A stretch of 63,715 nucleotides of DNA, counting the filler, from Nemertoderma westbladi (lineage: Eukaryota > Animalia > Xenacoelomorpha): the NCBI GenBank assembly GCA_032718475.1. It is 4 parts of 4 records of this genome, joined end to end, with 100 filler letters (N's around TTAATTAATTAA, not from the genome) between each part and the next. Parts side by side here need not be neighbours in the genome. Positions count along the whole stretch, not along the records: positions 18,753 to 38,101 come from JAUCBJ010007960.1; 3 more parts are not named here. One strand, given 5' to 3'. The notes below the pieces were generated by a model. The model was not told the origin of the DNA. It saw nothing but the letters and a program-made list of their open reading frames with translations, and searched no databases. The translations under genes were made by a program, and so were the position numbers. Positions 23,601 to 35,029 of this stretch are shown piece by piece. The first letter of the stretch is position 1, and the number at the start of each line of letters is the position of its first letter.

Positions 23601-24460
23601 ACAGGGCACACGCATTGTGACGGATCCCTTCTGAATTCGGCCCGGGACTCCGTTGGTGCGGAACTCTGAGACGATTGTGGCTGATTAGGTTCATCAGGCT
23701 GTATTGGCGTGGTTCTTTGAGGTTCGTCTTTTTCAGGCTGCGCTGGTGCTATTCTCTGAGGCGAGTGTGGCTGCCGAGGTTCGACAGGCTGCATGGAGTT
23801 GGGGATTCTAATGATGGATTCTAGTTCATCTAGTAGGGACTCCCTATATACCTGGATCGTCTCATCGTTGATGTCTAATGGGGATCCACCCTCGATAACC
23901 ATCTTCGCAAACCGACAGAGGTAAACACCACATTGGTAGGAGTTGTATTGTCGCCTGGCCAGTGGTGGGTCGATTTTGAAGTGAGGGGGTGTTATGTTGA
24001 GCCTTCCAGCTTCTAACATTGCCCAATCTCTGATTATATTTACCACCTGATCATTTGAGTTCCCAAGTGAGTCGAGGTAGGCGATGTTTCCATGTTCTGG
24101 AAAAAAGGCAGCTAGAGTCCAGTGCTTACCATTCACGTTTACAGGAAACAGTATCAAAGCAAGCGAGAAGATATTAGTGTTCCGCGTCCAACGCTTCACC
24201 GATTCGTAGCCGCCATCGCTGGCTGAGTAGCGGTCTATAAAATGGTGCAGCACCAACACATCATCCCGGGATGTTCTTAAAGAATTTAGCACAACTTCGA
24301 TAACGCTGTGCGTAAGCCACCCTCTGCCTCGAAGCGTATCAATATCTTTGGCTGTGATTGTGGTCCCGAAACAATCGTAGGTCGCTTGATTACTGGATGG
24401 TGTGTTCGTGTTGTTAACGGTTCTTCCTGATAGATATATAACGCTATCGTTTAGTTCCAT
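20618..24460 (-). CDS. Intact ORF of a CRE-like RLE non-LTR retrotransposon: Ulp1/C48 protease - Zn finger - RT - CCHC - restriction-like endonuclease (1280 aa)
   Basis: Ulp1 motifs DTLRGRGWL, VKRWTRNTNIF, FPVNVNGKHWTL, YLDSL, QYNSYQCGVY. CPVC...H...C finger. RT motifs VDFSNAFN, QQGDPEGP, WYLDDG. RLE motifs CFRC...H...C, RHSMLN, RVDG, WDATV, KIRKY. Confidence 0.92.
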   Translation of the reverse strand: MELNDSVIYLSGRTVNNTNTPSSNQATYDCFGTTITAKDIDTLRGRGWLTHSVIEVVLNSLRTSRDDVLVLHHFIDRYSASDGGYESVKRWTRNTNIFSLALILFPVNVNGKHWTLAAFFPEHGNIAYLDSLGNSNDQVVNIIRDWAMLEAGRLNITPPHFKIDPPLARRQYNSYQCGVYLCRFAKMVIEGGSPLDINDETIQVYRESLLDELESIIRIPNSMQPVEPRQPHSPQRIAPAQPEKDEPQRTTPIQPDEPNQPQSSQSSAPTESRAEFRRDPSQCVCPVCNKSVRINLNDTLRVHGPTDNRCFGSGQSRPDDPRLPPIQGGTSHSQQPAEAIDDPVTSPNTITDPETLVKMLIGNRAKQLKHVPKASRANLASLLSDLFMAIVADPSLVDSWFKLLIAGHRCIAAPKRGGRRQQLSLASQVNKNIAAFRTCSPFIMPPPEMNTTSARHQNNRDEIRLATAVAEKIEDGDVRGAIRLASSTDSMAPNTPETLQALKAKHPPRPADRRDPPPPVQPSATPCSPQVLRKLITTFPSGSAGGPDGIRPQIIKDLIRAENGEAASRLLNSMCKFVDLVVAGKIPDCIGPLFFGANLFAFVKSVGIRPIAVGMTWRRLCSKYVGSLMKEERSASYGSTQLGIGTKNGAEAAAHAARSYVSADNNGCSVLLKVDFSNAFNTLRRDSLLETIHQRYPMIYNYTRAAYSDYSFLIHRDKVILSEEGPQQGDPEGPALFGDVTNDLNHSLKSKFNVWYLDDGNFADKYEIVLQDLQTVIEEGRKCGLTLNSKKCELFFLGETPEEERHRIHKEFNSICEGILVPDLANLTMLGAPIGKFAMVKCLEAKVSDLETMSSRLSSLDSHHAFFLLKNSFAIPRLLYFLRSAPCFEFPAILERYDQLQRSSLQDIANSQIDDKAWKQASLPARLGGLGMSSAKQLAPTAYLASAAACRPLTNLLFTPEVYSVRDIPGALHPQPIANDITSRGALELWQSYTTTDIIAPTDSKQSSWMAPIHEFNRGCLHESAVGNDLARLNALDDPIPGCWIDAIPVSSLGLKLTDAQLRISIATRLGCKVTEPHNCFRCGKPVKSDGLHGLSCSKSAGRQARHSMLNDIVKRSLNSCGVPSLREPPGLCLSDGKRVDGVTLVPWSQGRTLTWDATVVDPLAPSHLRISQTIGGRIAEDQENVKIRKYQELIDRGYQFEPVAFETFGRPGPRTAAFLKEVGMRLHANTHEPRSHRFLLQRILIAILIGNTASILGTSESLTEGLYDELFHYKVAFVV

Positions 24461-26469
24461 TGAACCTAGTTTGGTTTTGCTTGATTTTTAGGTTTACAAT
24501 CTTATTTCAGCATTAAAAAGCATTTGCTGTATCGGTACTGCAGTATCAATATCCAATATCAACCAATATAAACCAGTAAGATGTATTACTATTATGTATT
24601 GCTCTTATTATTTGTGTTCTTTATCCGGTTTCTTTATTTAGCAGCTTAAATTTTTAAATATATCGCCCCTAAATAAATAATCTGTGGAGTTACAAGTTAT
24701 TATATGCCTGAGGGTTAGCTATGCGTAAATTAACTCTTAAAATTTAGTCACCCTCTCTTACTCTATATTCTAGAATTCAAAATAATTCATAAATAAATTC
24801 ATAATTCGCAAATTCTAAAATTGCGGTAATAAATTATTTATCCAATCAACGATCTATAAGATTTTTCTGTTGATTTCTCATTATTTATTCTAGATCAGTA
24901 ATCAAATTAAGTTGGTAATTATTAATTAATTTAGCATTAAAATGTTTAGTTGTAGGATCTTTTGAACAAGTAGCTAGTTTTATCAAATTTTTGGTAAGGT
25001 TATTTGATTAACGTTCTGGAATATCACCTTCAATAACACAGTGTAGCTAATTAATAGTAGCTATATAGTATTATTTAATTACAAAATGGTGCAGAATAGA
25101 CATCAAATTTACGATAACTTTGTTACTTCGAATTCAACAGGGAATATTTTAAAGAATGATTAAATGTTAGCTGCTGAGGTGCTCAATGTACCTTCAACTT
25201 CCAATATTTGTATTTAATATATTCCTAATTAATATTAGATTAATCTAAATGTGGGTTGATTTTGGGCAAAAAGTCGTTCTTGTCAAAATTTTTGCGGAGA
25301 AAAGTGAATTTTTAAAAGAAAACAACATCTTCTACAAAAAGAATGTGAATTTATTCCTCAGCTACGCCTCGTCGGAGAAATTGTGCTCATTCTACAGTAC
25401 TATTCCTCGAAAATTCGGATAAAAAAGTCGAACAAAAATATTGTACTAACTTTTTGTAAAAGAAATAGTTATAATACAGCATAATATTAATGAAAATTAT
25501 GATTTTTAATTTAACCTTCAGTATTAAACTATTAAATAATTTAATCTTATTGTTTTTTCATTAGATTTTTTTTCTTTGATTGTTGAATAATTATTGTAAA
25601 CCGAATGAAATTCAACCGATTTACTTGTTTTTTATTAATGTCAAATGCGTCAGTTTATTGGCAATAGAACACTAAGTTTTTGAAAAATATCATAAATATT
25701 CAAAGAAATATTCATACTTCTTCGTTGTCACAAACATTAATAATTAAATTATACGACCACTAATTATTATACCTTTACATAAATGGTCACCTAGACTTCG
25801 TGGCTCGCCCCACAAGACTGATCATACCAGTTGTACCTTTGTGGCTATTTACATCAATATAGAAAGCTGCCCCCTGCTTTATACTGATATCTGAGAACGA
25901 AGTCGGGACCTCTGAAGTGAACTCACTATACCGGTTATTCACTCTCAACTTAACATTTTTGATACATACAGTGTAATTTATCCTTTGATGCCTTTTTTTC
26001 TTTATTCCTATTGCCATTTTGAGCAGTTGTGTTACCGTTGAATGCCTTTATAGATGTGCCTTATGTTTCTAATTGTAAGTTATTTGTCGAATCTAATAAT
26101 CTAATTAATTATTAATACATAACTCTGGATGATATATTGCCCGTTGAATCATTATTTTTTTTTTCACCATACAGTAAAGCTAAAGACTATTGTATTTGAA
26201 ACCATATTTTAAACAAACATAACAATGATAACTCCCATCTCCGCGAATTACCAATTAAGGGAAATGAGCACATTACAGTGACATGTTAATCCAACCAAAA
26301 CAATAAATGAAAGTCAATATAACAGGTTACAGTATTACTTTTTATCATAATCAGCTGGCAATTGGGTCGATTTTCCCCTTGAGAGGGATATATTTTGATT
26401 GCATATTATTTTGTTTTAAACTGGCAAGACTATCCTTCGACGACTACATCAATACACCTGCTGCATAAT

Positions 26470-27399
26470 GTACGCATGTACCTCAAATATATATCAGTTT
26501 CAAATCTGTAAATATTGATTCAGCAGTTCAGGTGACTGAGGATTGCCTAAATGATATTCAGAAATGGATGTACACATATATGCTCAAGATGAACTCCGAG
26601 AAAACCGAAGTGCTGCTACTGCAGTCGCGATTTGGCACATCAGTTGACAACCCACAAATACGTATTGGTAACGACGTGGTGGGCTGCAGCACCGATGCCC
26701 GCAATATCGGCTTTACTATGGATCATTATATGACGTTCAGTAAACAAATATCTCTAACTGTTCGCAGTGCGTTTTTCCACATCCGAAATCTATCAAAAAT
26801 ACGGCGGTGTTTAGCAAAACATGACCTCGAAACGCTAATCCACGCATTTATCACCAGCTCTTTAGACAATAACAATTCGTTATATTATGGATTACCAGAC
26901 AAATATATAAATAAACTACAATATGTCCAGAACTCTGCGGCGCGCCTACTAACAGGCACAAAGAAACGAGAACATATTAAACCTGTGCTCAAATATCTCC
27001 ACTGGTTGCCTGTATTGCGACGCATTGACTTTAAGATTGTACTTATAGTATATAAGTGTATCAATGGCTACGCTCCGAGCTATTTAAAGAATTTGCTGAC
27101 CCGGTACATTCCTCATCGTTCTCTGCGTTCAGGTGATGATGAACTAACTCTGGTTGCGCCTCGTTATCGGCTAGAAAGTTACGGGAGGCGGGCTTTCTCA
27201 GTTGCCGGGCCCCGTTTATGGAACGCTCTCCCTTATTCGGTCCGCAGTGCACACACCGTGGAATTGTTTAAGTCGCGGCTGAAAACACACTACTTTTCGT
27301 TAGAATACGTAATTAACTAATTGTGTACGCGTACCTGCGCCTTGATTTATTGCCCTTAAAAGGCGCGTTATAAATAAATTATTATTATTATTATTATTA
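26470..27399 (+). mobile_element. 5'-truncated L2/CR1-group LINE 3' end with (ATT)n tail
   Basis: ORF 26532..27320 has LKMNSEKTE, LQYVQNSAARL, LHWLPV and GRRAFSVAGPRLWNALP. ATT repeats at 27379-27399. Confidence 0.88.
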
Positions 27400-27624
27400 C
27401 CTAAACTGTAACAGGCCAAGAAACTATTCTTTAAACGGGATCAGTCTCTTCGGGAATTTGAATTGAATGTTTATTTATTTTTACCCATTTTATACATATA
27501 CAATATATACGAATTAATTCACACCTTATATAATATAATACATAGGTAAAGGAAGGTAGCCAATGGGATTGCTAGTGAACTGTTGCCAAACGTAGGGGCA
27601 TACTGTAGGTAGATTAGGAGAGGG

Positions 27625-28108
27625 TAGGATAGGATAGGATAGGATAGGATGGGATGGGATGGGATAGGATGGGATGGGATGGGATAGGATAGGATAGGAT
27701 AGGATAGGATGGGATGGGATGGGATGGGATGGGATGGGATGGGATAGGATAGGATGGGATGGGATGGGATGGGATGGGATGGGATAGGATAGGATAGGAT
27801 AGGATAGGATAGGATAGGATAGGATAGGATAGGATAGGATAGGATAGGATAGGATAGGATAGGATAGGACAGGACAGGATAGGATAGGATAGGATAGGAT
27901 AGGATAGGATAGGATAGGATAGGATAGGATAGGATAGGATAGGATAGGATAGGATAGGATAGGATAGGATAGGATAGGATAGGATAGGATAGGATAGGAT
28001 AGGATAGGATAGGATAGGATAGGATAGGATAGGATAGGATAGGATAGGATAGGATAGGATAGGATAGGATAGGATAGGATAGGATAGGATAGGATAGGAT
28101 AGGATAGG
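27625..28108. repeat. (GGATA)n pentanucleotide microsatellite with GGATG variants
   Basis: Directly visible. Confidence 0.99.
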
Positions 28109-28458
28109 TATTTCCTGTTAAAATTTATTGTAAAATTAAGATTTTAGTAGGTCGATAAACGACTGATAATGTAAATTGAAATTAATTAGGGGTGGTGGTT
28201 ATATTACACTAGGCCTAAACAAGAGCAAGACAACAACACAAATACGTGTAGTACCTATGTTTCGCACGGTTAACGTCGTTAACAATATAATCCTACTTAA
28301 CTACTATACGTCCTACTTAACATTTTGAATGTATGTCGTAATGTATCGTTCGACATTAAGCGAATATTCGATTATTTGTTTTAAATACAAGATTACAATA
28401 ATTGTGCACTATAACTAAAGTCTAACATCTGAGTATTTTTGGTAGTTCAGTTTTATTT

Positions 28459-28707
28459 TTAGTGGATTAGAGTAAATAAAGCAGCCATGGCAACCAGGAC
28501 TACAATGGGAGACATTACTGGAGCAGCAGACTGATCGCCGCCACCCGGCAGGTAGATGGGGTCGCAGACAATCTTTGCGACACTCGGATCCGAGTTGGTA
28601 CCCGGCAGAGGTATAGACACACGGAATCCAGGTCGGCGTCCGTTATTCGTCGCTTCAATCTGTAGGTCGACAGACTCTGCGGTACCTGCGGCAATCTCGC
28701 GTTGACA
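28459..28707 (-). CDS. Host gene last coding exon; probable GPI-anchor signal C-terminus
   Basis: Acceptor tttcag, phase 0. Reads CQREIAAG...GGGDQSAAPVMSPIVVLVAMAALFTLIH*: small residues followed by a hydrophobic tail. Confidence 0.75.
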   Translation of the reverse strand, partial: CQREIAAGTAESVDLQIEATNNGRRPGFRVSIPLPGTNSDPSVAKIVCDPIYLPGGGDQSAAPVMSPIVVLVAMAALFTLIH

Positions 28708-30323
28708 CTGAAATACAAACACCATGAATTGAAACCTTTTTTATTGTTAAATTTGCCTTAATTTATGCTAAATATGTTTGCCATTGTTTCATTGGTAACG
28801 GTACCACAAATCATACATACGTACTAAATACTCACACTTGTGGTGTTAAACCTAACTTCAGTATAAGCTTCAGTCTACATCGCCATATGTATTATCTATA
28901 AAATTTTAGAATTAAAATTCATTAAGAAATTTAAATTCATTAAAGTAAAATTAATTAAAAATAATGCAATTTACTGTGTACAGTATGATAGGAGTTATGG
29001 CTTTTTCACATTACGTTAACGTAACTTTACGATAACTTTATGATACCAGGCCAATATTGTCACAAAATGACCGCTGATGCAAAATATTTGTTTTGTTGGA
29101 AAACGGATCAGGTTACAGTATAGGATCGGTGTTTTCTAACCAAAACAATAAACTAAACTTTATTTGATTTGAGCTAGAGCACCTTTTTCAATTGCTGCCA
29201 ATGTGCGCCACTATCTGGATAATAGGGAATTGAAGTAAATTTTCTCGGTTAAAAACTAACACACTTAATCCAATAGCACTGTATTACTACAGTATAATGT
29301 GGCCAATTTATTACATACAATTTGCTTACGCATCCATCGAATATAGTGGCAATGTAAAACGTTTTGCTCCCACAAACATTGTTTTTGCGGCACTACATCT
29401 CATAAATAATTTCATCGTTACGGAATTACATTTCGCACGACTTTTACCAGATAAAGAGTTATTTGGTGTTTCGAAGATGACGAACGTTAATTTGTGGAGC
29501 ATAGTGAGACAAATTATCAGAGAACACATTGATTTCGTTAGTTTTACTCCATTTGCGTCGGATTTATTATTTTTAATACCACAAACATTACGTTACGGAA
29601 TTACACGAAAAAGACAAGGGTTTTTTGGATTTTTTTTAAAGTTGAAATTTAATTAAAGTTTGAATTTCGTTGAAATATCTGAGATACGGACGTTCAAATG
29701 TTGCATGGTTTTGCATCTGTGCGAGGCTGTTTTATTCTATTTAATTAATGCATCATTTTCTGGAACATTTTCTTTATTCCATTACGTAGCTGGGCAACAA
29801 TGCATTACATTTCTAATCATACTATTACATAGATATTCATACATCAACAATCTGTTCCAGATTATGGTGTATTTATTAAATAGAATAAAATAGCCTCGCA
29901 CTGTCAAAACCCATGTAATTTTTGAACGCTCATTATCTCAGCTACTTCCTAACCAAATTAAAATGTTTTTACATCCTTGGAATCCTTGCACAGCCAGCTA
30001 GACATCAGCACCAACAAATCACCACTACAAGGTTGAAGAATAACTGCAATATCTGCATTGTGCAATATCGCCGGGACACTTTTTGACGCTTGTAGCTAAA
30101 GATTGAAAGCAAAAATAAAAATTCTGGCTCACCCACTAAGTGGACGAGAAGAGAAACTCTCTTTGTTACAAATTTCATGCAATCTCATTTATCATTACGA
30201 TTTGTAGAAATATTTGTGGGGGGGGGGGTGTTATATCGATGATAATCATAAGGTTCCTGTGCATTGTATATTGAATAACAAAACTTATAAATACATTATG
30301 AACGACACTAATGTTCCTTCTCA

Positions 30324-30483
30324 GTGTACCAGTCTACACCAACACTGATGTCTCGCTGTGTTCCAGTCTACACCAACACTAACGTCTCGCAGTTTACCAC
30401 TCTACACCAACACTGATGTCTCGCTGTGTACCACTCTATACCAACACTAACGTTTCGCAGTGTACCACTCTACACTAACACTA
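30324..30483. repeat. 34-bp minisatellite, about 5 copies
   Basis: GTGTACCA(C/G)TCTACACCAACACT(G/A)A(T/C)GTCTCGC repeated. Confidence 0.9.
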
Positions 30484-31335
30484 AACGTCACACAGTTTTG
30501 GAAAATTGTAATTCCGTAACGTAATTCCCTAACGTGAAATTGTAATTTCGTAACGCAAGTATCTCGACTATATATATATCACATTGCCACAAAAGGAAAA
30601 TATTTGTGTATTGCCCAGCGGTTAGAGGAAGAGAATTTAAAATTTGAATGTCACATGATGAGTAGTTTAAAAGCTATTTTAAAAATGTCATGTTTCTGTT
30701 ACGGAATTACAAAATTCGCAATAGCGTTTTGTTATTTTTTCAAACTAAGTTGATTGCTTTCTTGGAAACCAATATTAATTTATTTCTTAAACACAACCGA
30801 AGTTGAACCATCACTCACACAGGCAAATAAACAGACTAGGATTAATGTTATTTATAATGACTGTATTTCCGCCTTAATTGTAGGCAAAATTCGCACAGCA
30901 ATTTTGGAAAATGTAAAACAATTAACAGTAAATTTCAACTTGCAAGTAGGAGCCCACACATAACGGGATTTGCCTCCTATTTCTAATTTCAGATACTTTA
31001 GGATGTTAGGCATGAGATTCAATCATTAAAAAGATTATCTGCGAAGGTTTTCTTATGAGCCTCTATGTCCGTTTATTCGTGAAATTCATAATCTAAACAC
31101 TAATAAACTATTGTTTCGTTACTTTAGCTTACTATAATAATCTATCAGTTTACGCATTGTGCACTTGAGACTAAATTAGCAGCATGCAGCAGAAAGTACA
31201 GTTTGCACCGTAATCTTTACCTTACTACCTTTACCTTACTACCTTACTTGACTAGGAATGAATAATCTATTCACAGAAAATAGGCTACGTGTAGTCCAAT
31301 AATCTTCATGACTTTATATATATAGCTCTACTTAC

Positions 31336-31578
31336 GGAAGTGGGGAATATCACTTCGTTCCCTTCCGGCAAGTCAAAACGTTTATTTTTTAAGCATTTCG
31401 ATCCATCTTCCTGCAGGCACTCACTATCCTCTGGAACAGCAGCTGTGTCTTCTGTTTTTGAGAGAACCAGCATTTTGATATTCAGGAATTTATCCTGTTG
31501 TTGAAGACCAGTGACGTCATCGAACTCAATGTTGCATTTGAGGTTTCCCCGAAGAACAGCGATGTCTTCTCCTTCAAC
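31336..31578 (-). CDS. Host gene internal exon (81 codons)
   Basis: tttttag acceptor and GTAAGT donor. Open frame VEGEDIAVLRGNLKC...EVIFPTS, phase 0/0, compatible with both neighbouring exons. Confidence 0.78.
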
Positions 31579-31657
31579 CTAAAAATGGTATAGGTCTGAT
31601 TTAGACAAGTTAAAATTTACTGTCCGCTACGTACAGCAGTACGTAGCGGAGGAAAGG

Positions 31658-31898
31658 GTGGGACAAGCTCAGTTAGTTGACCTCCGGGCCTGCAATCTAC
31701 TGGATGTATGTTCGTTCAGCCCCGCCAGGGTCTACTGCTCAGCTTTACATCCACTGGCGTCGATCAAATGAGTACCAGTTGAATTTCTGGGTGCAAAACT
31801 TGGGATAAGAGTAGCGTCCACCCCTACCCTCGGGTAGCAGCTATCGAAAGAGGAGCCTTCGGGTCGCCTCCGGCTTCGGCCGACCCTTTGCTTGCTTG
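31658..31898 (+). mobile_element. SINE-like element (degenerate tRNA head, conserved core, LINE-like tail)
   Basis: AGCTCAGTTAG A-box-like motif, core CTCAGCTTTACATCC...GTCGATCAAATGAGTACCAG, and a short (TTGC)n end. Confidence 0.55.
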
Positions 31899-32061
31899 TT
31901 TTCGCTTGCTACATACAAGAGTGTAACCCAAACAACTTACTGTAATAATAATTAAATGCTTGAGTTAATACAATTATTTTATTCTTTAATTGTCAAGCTG
32001 AAGTAAAAAACCTTACCGGTAGGTATGCCAGTACAGTACGATACAAATACTAAAATAAAAA

Positions 32062-32159
32062 AGCAACTGACCATTAGACGTTGCATGCAATCAGTAATCA
32101 GCTGACGGCTGTCAGCTGATCAGTAGGTTTCGCCCCAATGGGGGCTTTCTCAAGTAGCT
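32062..32159 (-). ncRNA. Candidate atypical hammerhead ribozyme in the 3' pLTR
   Basis: Reverse-complement copy of 36167-36264. Confidence 0.55.
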
Positions 32160-32239
32160 AGTGCTAGAAAGGAGACAATAGATAGAAGTTCCCAAGGGAG
32201 ACGGGACGGTAAAGTGAAACAAGGTAGAAGTGTATCCGT

Positions 32240-34834
32240 CTAACCACTGGGAAGCAGCACCTCAAACTTGCGCCAATCACGTTTCTGCTTGTTAATAGCT
32301 GGCTGGCGAGTGCGTATATAAAACATTTCTAGTTTTTGCAGGACAGGACGCAAAGGGTGCCGTGCAATAACCTTGAAGTGTTTGAACAACTCTCGCCAGT
32401 CAGTCAACCAACGTGTGTTGGGCTCCCCGCGGTGCGTCATGATATGGTTGTGAACTGTCTTGCCTTGTTCACTACCATCATTGGCCGACCCGTCTTGATG
32501 CTGTCTAACGCGTTCAAATAAGTGTTGGATGGTATGTCCAACATATTCCCCCTTACAAGAGGGACAAGCAAATGAATACACGACGTTAGAAGCCAGAATA
32601 TCGGGAACCGGATGTTTCAATGATGGCAGTGATTGGCGCAGTTTGGCAGTTGTGTAAACAAACCGCACTGGCCGTGCGCAAGATCTCGGTACTAGACCAC
32701 GTAGCCTACGAACGAAAAGTTCGGTAGCCCGACCGCGGTACTCAAACTTACAGATGATAGGCCTGGGATTATCTACGGGTGCTGGATCCACCAGGTCAAT
32801 GACCTCAGTGGGTGCAACCGCAGTCACCTCGCTCTCACTACAATTGCCAAGACGCCCCCTAGCGGCACGGACGGCGGTAAGCTCGCGTTGAATCATCGCA
32901 TTCGTATATTGGTTATTGCTAAGAATGGTGTTAGCTTCGCCAATTGCAGAAAGGAGCTGGGAGCCATCCCCGCCCTTACTGACGTTGAAAATGCGATGAA
33001 ACATTCCACGAACTACCCCCCGTTTGTATGCCTCAGGGGCACACGCAGTAGCATTAAGAACAAGCCCGGTATCTGTAGGCTTGCGGTACCACGCCGTCGC
33101 AAGCGCGTGGTCAGTACGGGACACAACCAAATCAAGGAAAGGCAAGCGGCCCTGTTCCTCCAACTCAAGTGTAAACTTAAGATTGGGGTGGAGGGCATTG
33201 ACCTCTCTCAGCTTCTCAGTGGGGTCATTACTACCAACGCTAAACACGTCATCAACGTACCTATCGCTAAGCTTGGTACCCGCCGCGATCTGCTCATCGA
33301 ACTGTGACAGAAAGATGTTGGCGAGTATGGGACCCAAAGGGGAGCCCATGGCGACACCATCCCTCTGACAACGGTAGTTACCACGGTGATCCAGGAATAC
33401 AACATCCTGTGTAGCAACCAACATAAGACGAATAAATTGGTCCTTGTTGATAGGCTGGTCAGGATGTTGCTCGTACAGTAGATCAGCAGCAAGCTGCACC
33501 GCCTCCTTGAGTGGAACATTAGTGAATAAACTCACTACGTCCAGGGAGTAGAGGCGGTCCGTGGGTTCTACCTCCAGCTCGGCGAGACGATCGGCAGCCC
33601 CGGCGCTGTTAGTACCAATCCTACCCTCTGGCAGCACCTGCAACATGTCCCTGAGGTACTCAGCGACAGGGTGGTAGATGCTGCCGGGCATTGAAGTTAT
33701 CGGGCGGAGGGGGACACCAGCCTTGTGGACCTTAGCGAGGCCATACAGCCTCGGGGGAGTAGTATCCTTGCGCGGTAGTAACTTGGCTAGGAGTTCCTTA
33801 CTCTCCTTACCCACAATACTGGTGACCTCGTCCCGTATAACCTCGGCCCTACGACGGTAAATATCGATCTTCACAGCACCCGGGCGGCCTGGAGGGGGAC
33901 CAAACTTGGCGGGGTCGGCGATGAGAGTATCAGCCCTGGTCAGATACGACTCCTTCCTCATAACACAATAGCCGTTCCCCTTGTCAAAAGGCACAGCAAT
34001 CAGGCCCTGTTGCTTCAAGTAACGCGCGGTTGTAGCGACAGCATCTGACTGCCGCTGTAAGCGCATTAACCTGGCGTAATTCTGGGAGTGGTGTGACACA
34101 CTTACTTTGTCAGCATCAGTGGCGCGGGTGAAATAATCTACCTGAGAGTAGAAGAGTGCGGTGTCAAACTTGGTTTTGACCGGGTTCTTGGCCCCAAGTC
34201 TGAGCACCGACTCAACCGTCTCAGGCAGAACAATACCATCCTCGCACCGGACTGTGCCGTGGACATTAAGTAAGGGTGTCCCTTGGCTTCCGGCCCACCA
34301 CCTAAACTTCTCGTCCTGGTCGGCCCTCCGCCGCTCGAGTTTACCGTTACACCAGGTGTTAGCCTGGTGGACGGCATCCTCAATCAGCTGAGAGTCTCCC
34401 AGTCGAGTGGCAAGGTGATGCTTGGTACTCTCCACACGACCCTCTGCAGCCTTCAGCTCATTCACCCTCCTAGCTATGGTTGTGTTTAGCAACCGCAGCT
34501 GAAAGGCCCGAATAGCATCAGGTTCTGCAAATGGACGAGATGGAGGTACCTTGAATGCCAGAAACCGTGGCACCACACCAGAATCACTACAACGGGTTAA
34601 GAAAACCGTGTCAGTGGCAAGGTTCCCCGCTTTGAGAACCACATCTCTATACCTGAGGAACGTTCTCCACTCCCCCTTCCCACGTAGCGCAGCCACGAAG
34701 TCAGTGGGAAAAGGGTTCGATCCACCGGCAGCCATCCCAACCAACCCAACCACTGAAAAATAACACCCAAGGAGGACAACCAACCTATTCAACTTCAAAT
34801 ACATAAGGGCACAATGGACAAGCACAACACACAA
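32240..34834 (-). CDS. Penelope-like RT + GIY-YIG endonuclease ORF (intact; true start may be the later Met of MAAGG)
   Basis: PFDKGNG, LYGLAKVHK, SLDVVSLFTNVP, GVAMGSPLGP, RYVDD, LPFLD. GIY-YIG-type NVVYSFACPSCKGEYVGHT...ERVRQH and the terminal PAIN motif. Confidence 0.93.
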   Translation of the reverse strand: MCVVLVHCALMYLKLNRLVVLLGCYFSVVGLVGMAAGGSNPFPTDFVAALRGKGEWRTFLRYRDVVLKAGNLATDTVFLTRCSDSGVVPRFLAFKVPPSRPFAEPDAIRAFQLRLLNTTIARRVNELKAAEGRVESTKHHLATRLGDSQLIEDAVHQANTWCNGKLERRRADQDEKFRWWAGSQGTPLLNVHGTVRCEDGIVLPETVESVLRLGAKNPVKTKFDTALFYSQVDYFTRATDADKVSVSHHSQNYARLMRLQRQSDAVATTARYLKQQGLIAVPFDKGNGYCVMRKESYLTRADTLIADPAKFGPPPGRPGAVKIDIYRRRAEVIRDEVTSIVGKESKELLAKLLPRKDTTPPRLYGLAKVHKAGVPLRPITSMPGSIYHPVAEYLRDMLQVLPEGRIGTNSAGAADRLAELEVEPTDRLYSLDVVSLFTNVPLKEAVQLAADLLYEQHPDQPINKDQFIRLMLVATQDVVFLDHRGNYRCQRDGVAMGSPLGPILANIFLSQFDEQIAAGTKLSDRYVDDVFSVGSNDPTEKLREVNALHPNLKFTLELEEQGRLPFLDLVVSRTDHALATAWYRKPTDTGLVLNATACAPEAYKRGVVRGMFHRIFNVSKGGDGSQLLSAIGEANTILSNNQYTNAMIQRELTAVRAARGRLGNCSESEVTAVAPTEVIDLVDPAPVDNPRPIICKFEYRGRATELFVRRLRGLVPRSCARPVRFVYTTAKLRQSLPSLKHPVPDILASNVVYSFACPSCKGEYVGHTIQHLFERVRQHQDGSANDGSEQGKTVHNHIMTHRGEPNTRWLTDWRELFKHFKVIARHPLRPVLQKLEMFYIRTRQPAINKQKRDWRKFEVLLPSG

Positions 34835-35029
34835 TATGACTCTAATAGACGATTTAACAATACTCCAATAATTACGTCAAAATATAACCCAATACAGAAA
34901 AATGTTCAAATAAATCGATGATCAAATAAATAATGAAAGACTAAAAAGAAGGTTAAAAATGAATAAAAAGAATAAAAAATATAAAACTGTATACCAAAGT
35001 CTAATAATCATATGGCGAAAAACCGAATA

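Noticed and set aside
25787-26017. 76-aa ORF as a possible host exon
   Set aside because: No recognisable motif and no convincing splice-site pair.
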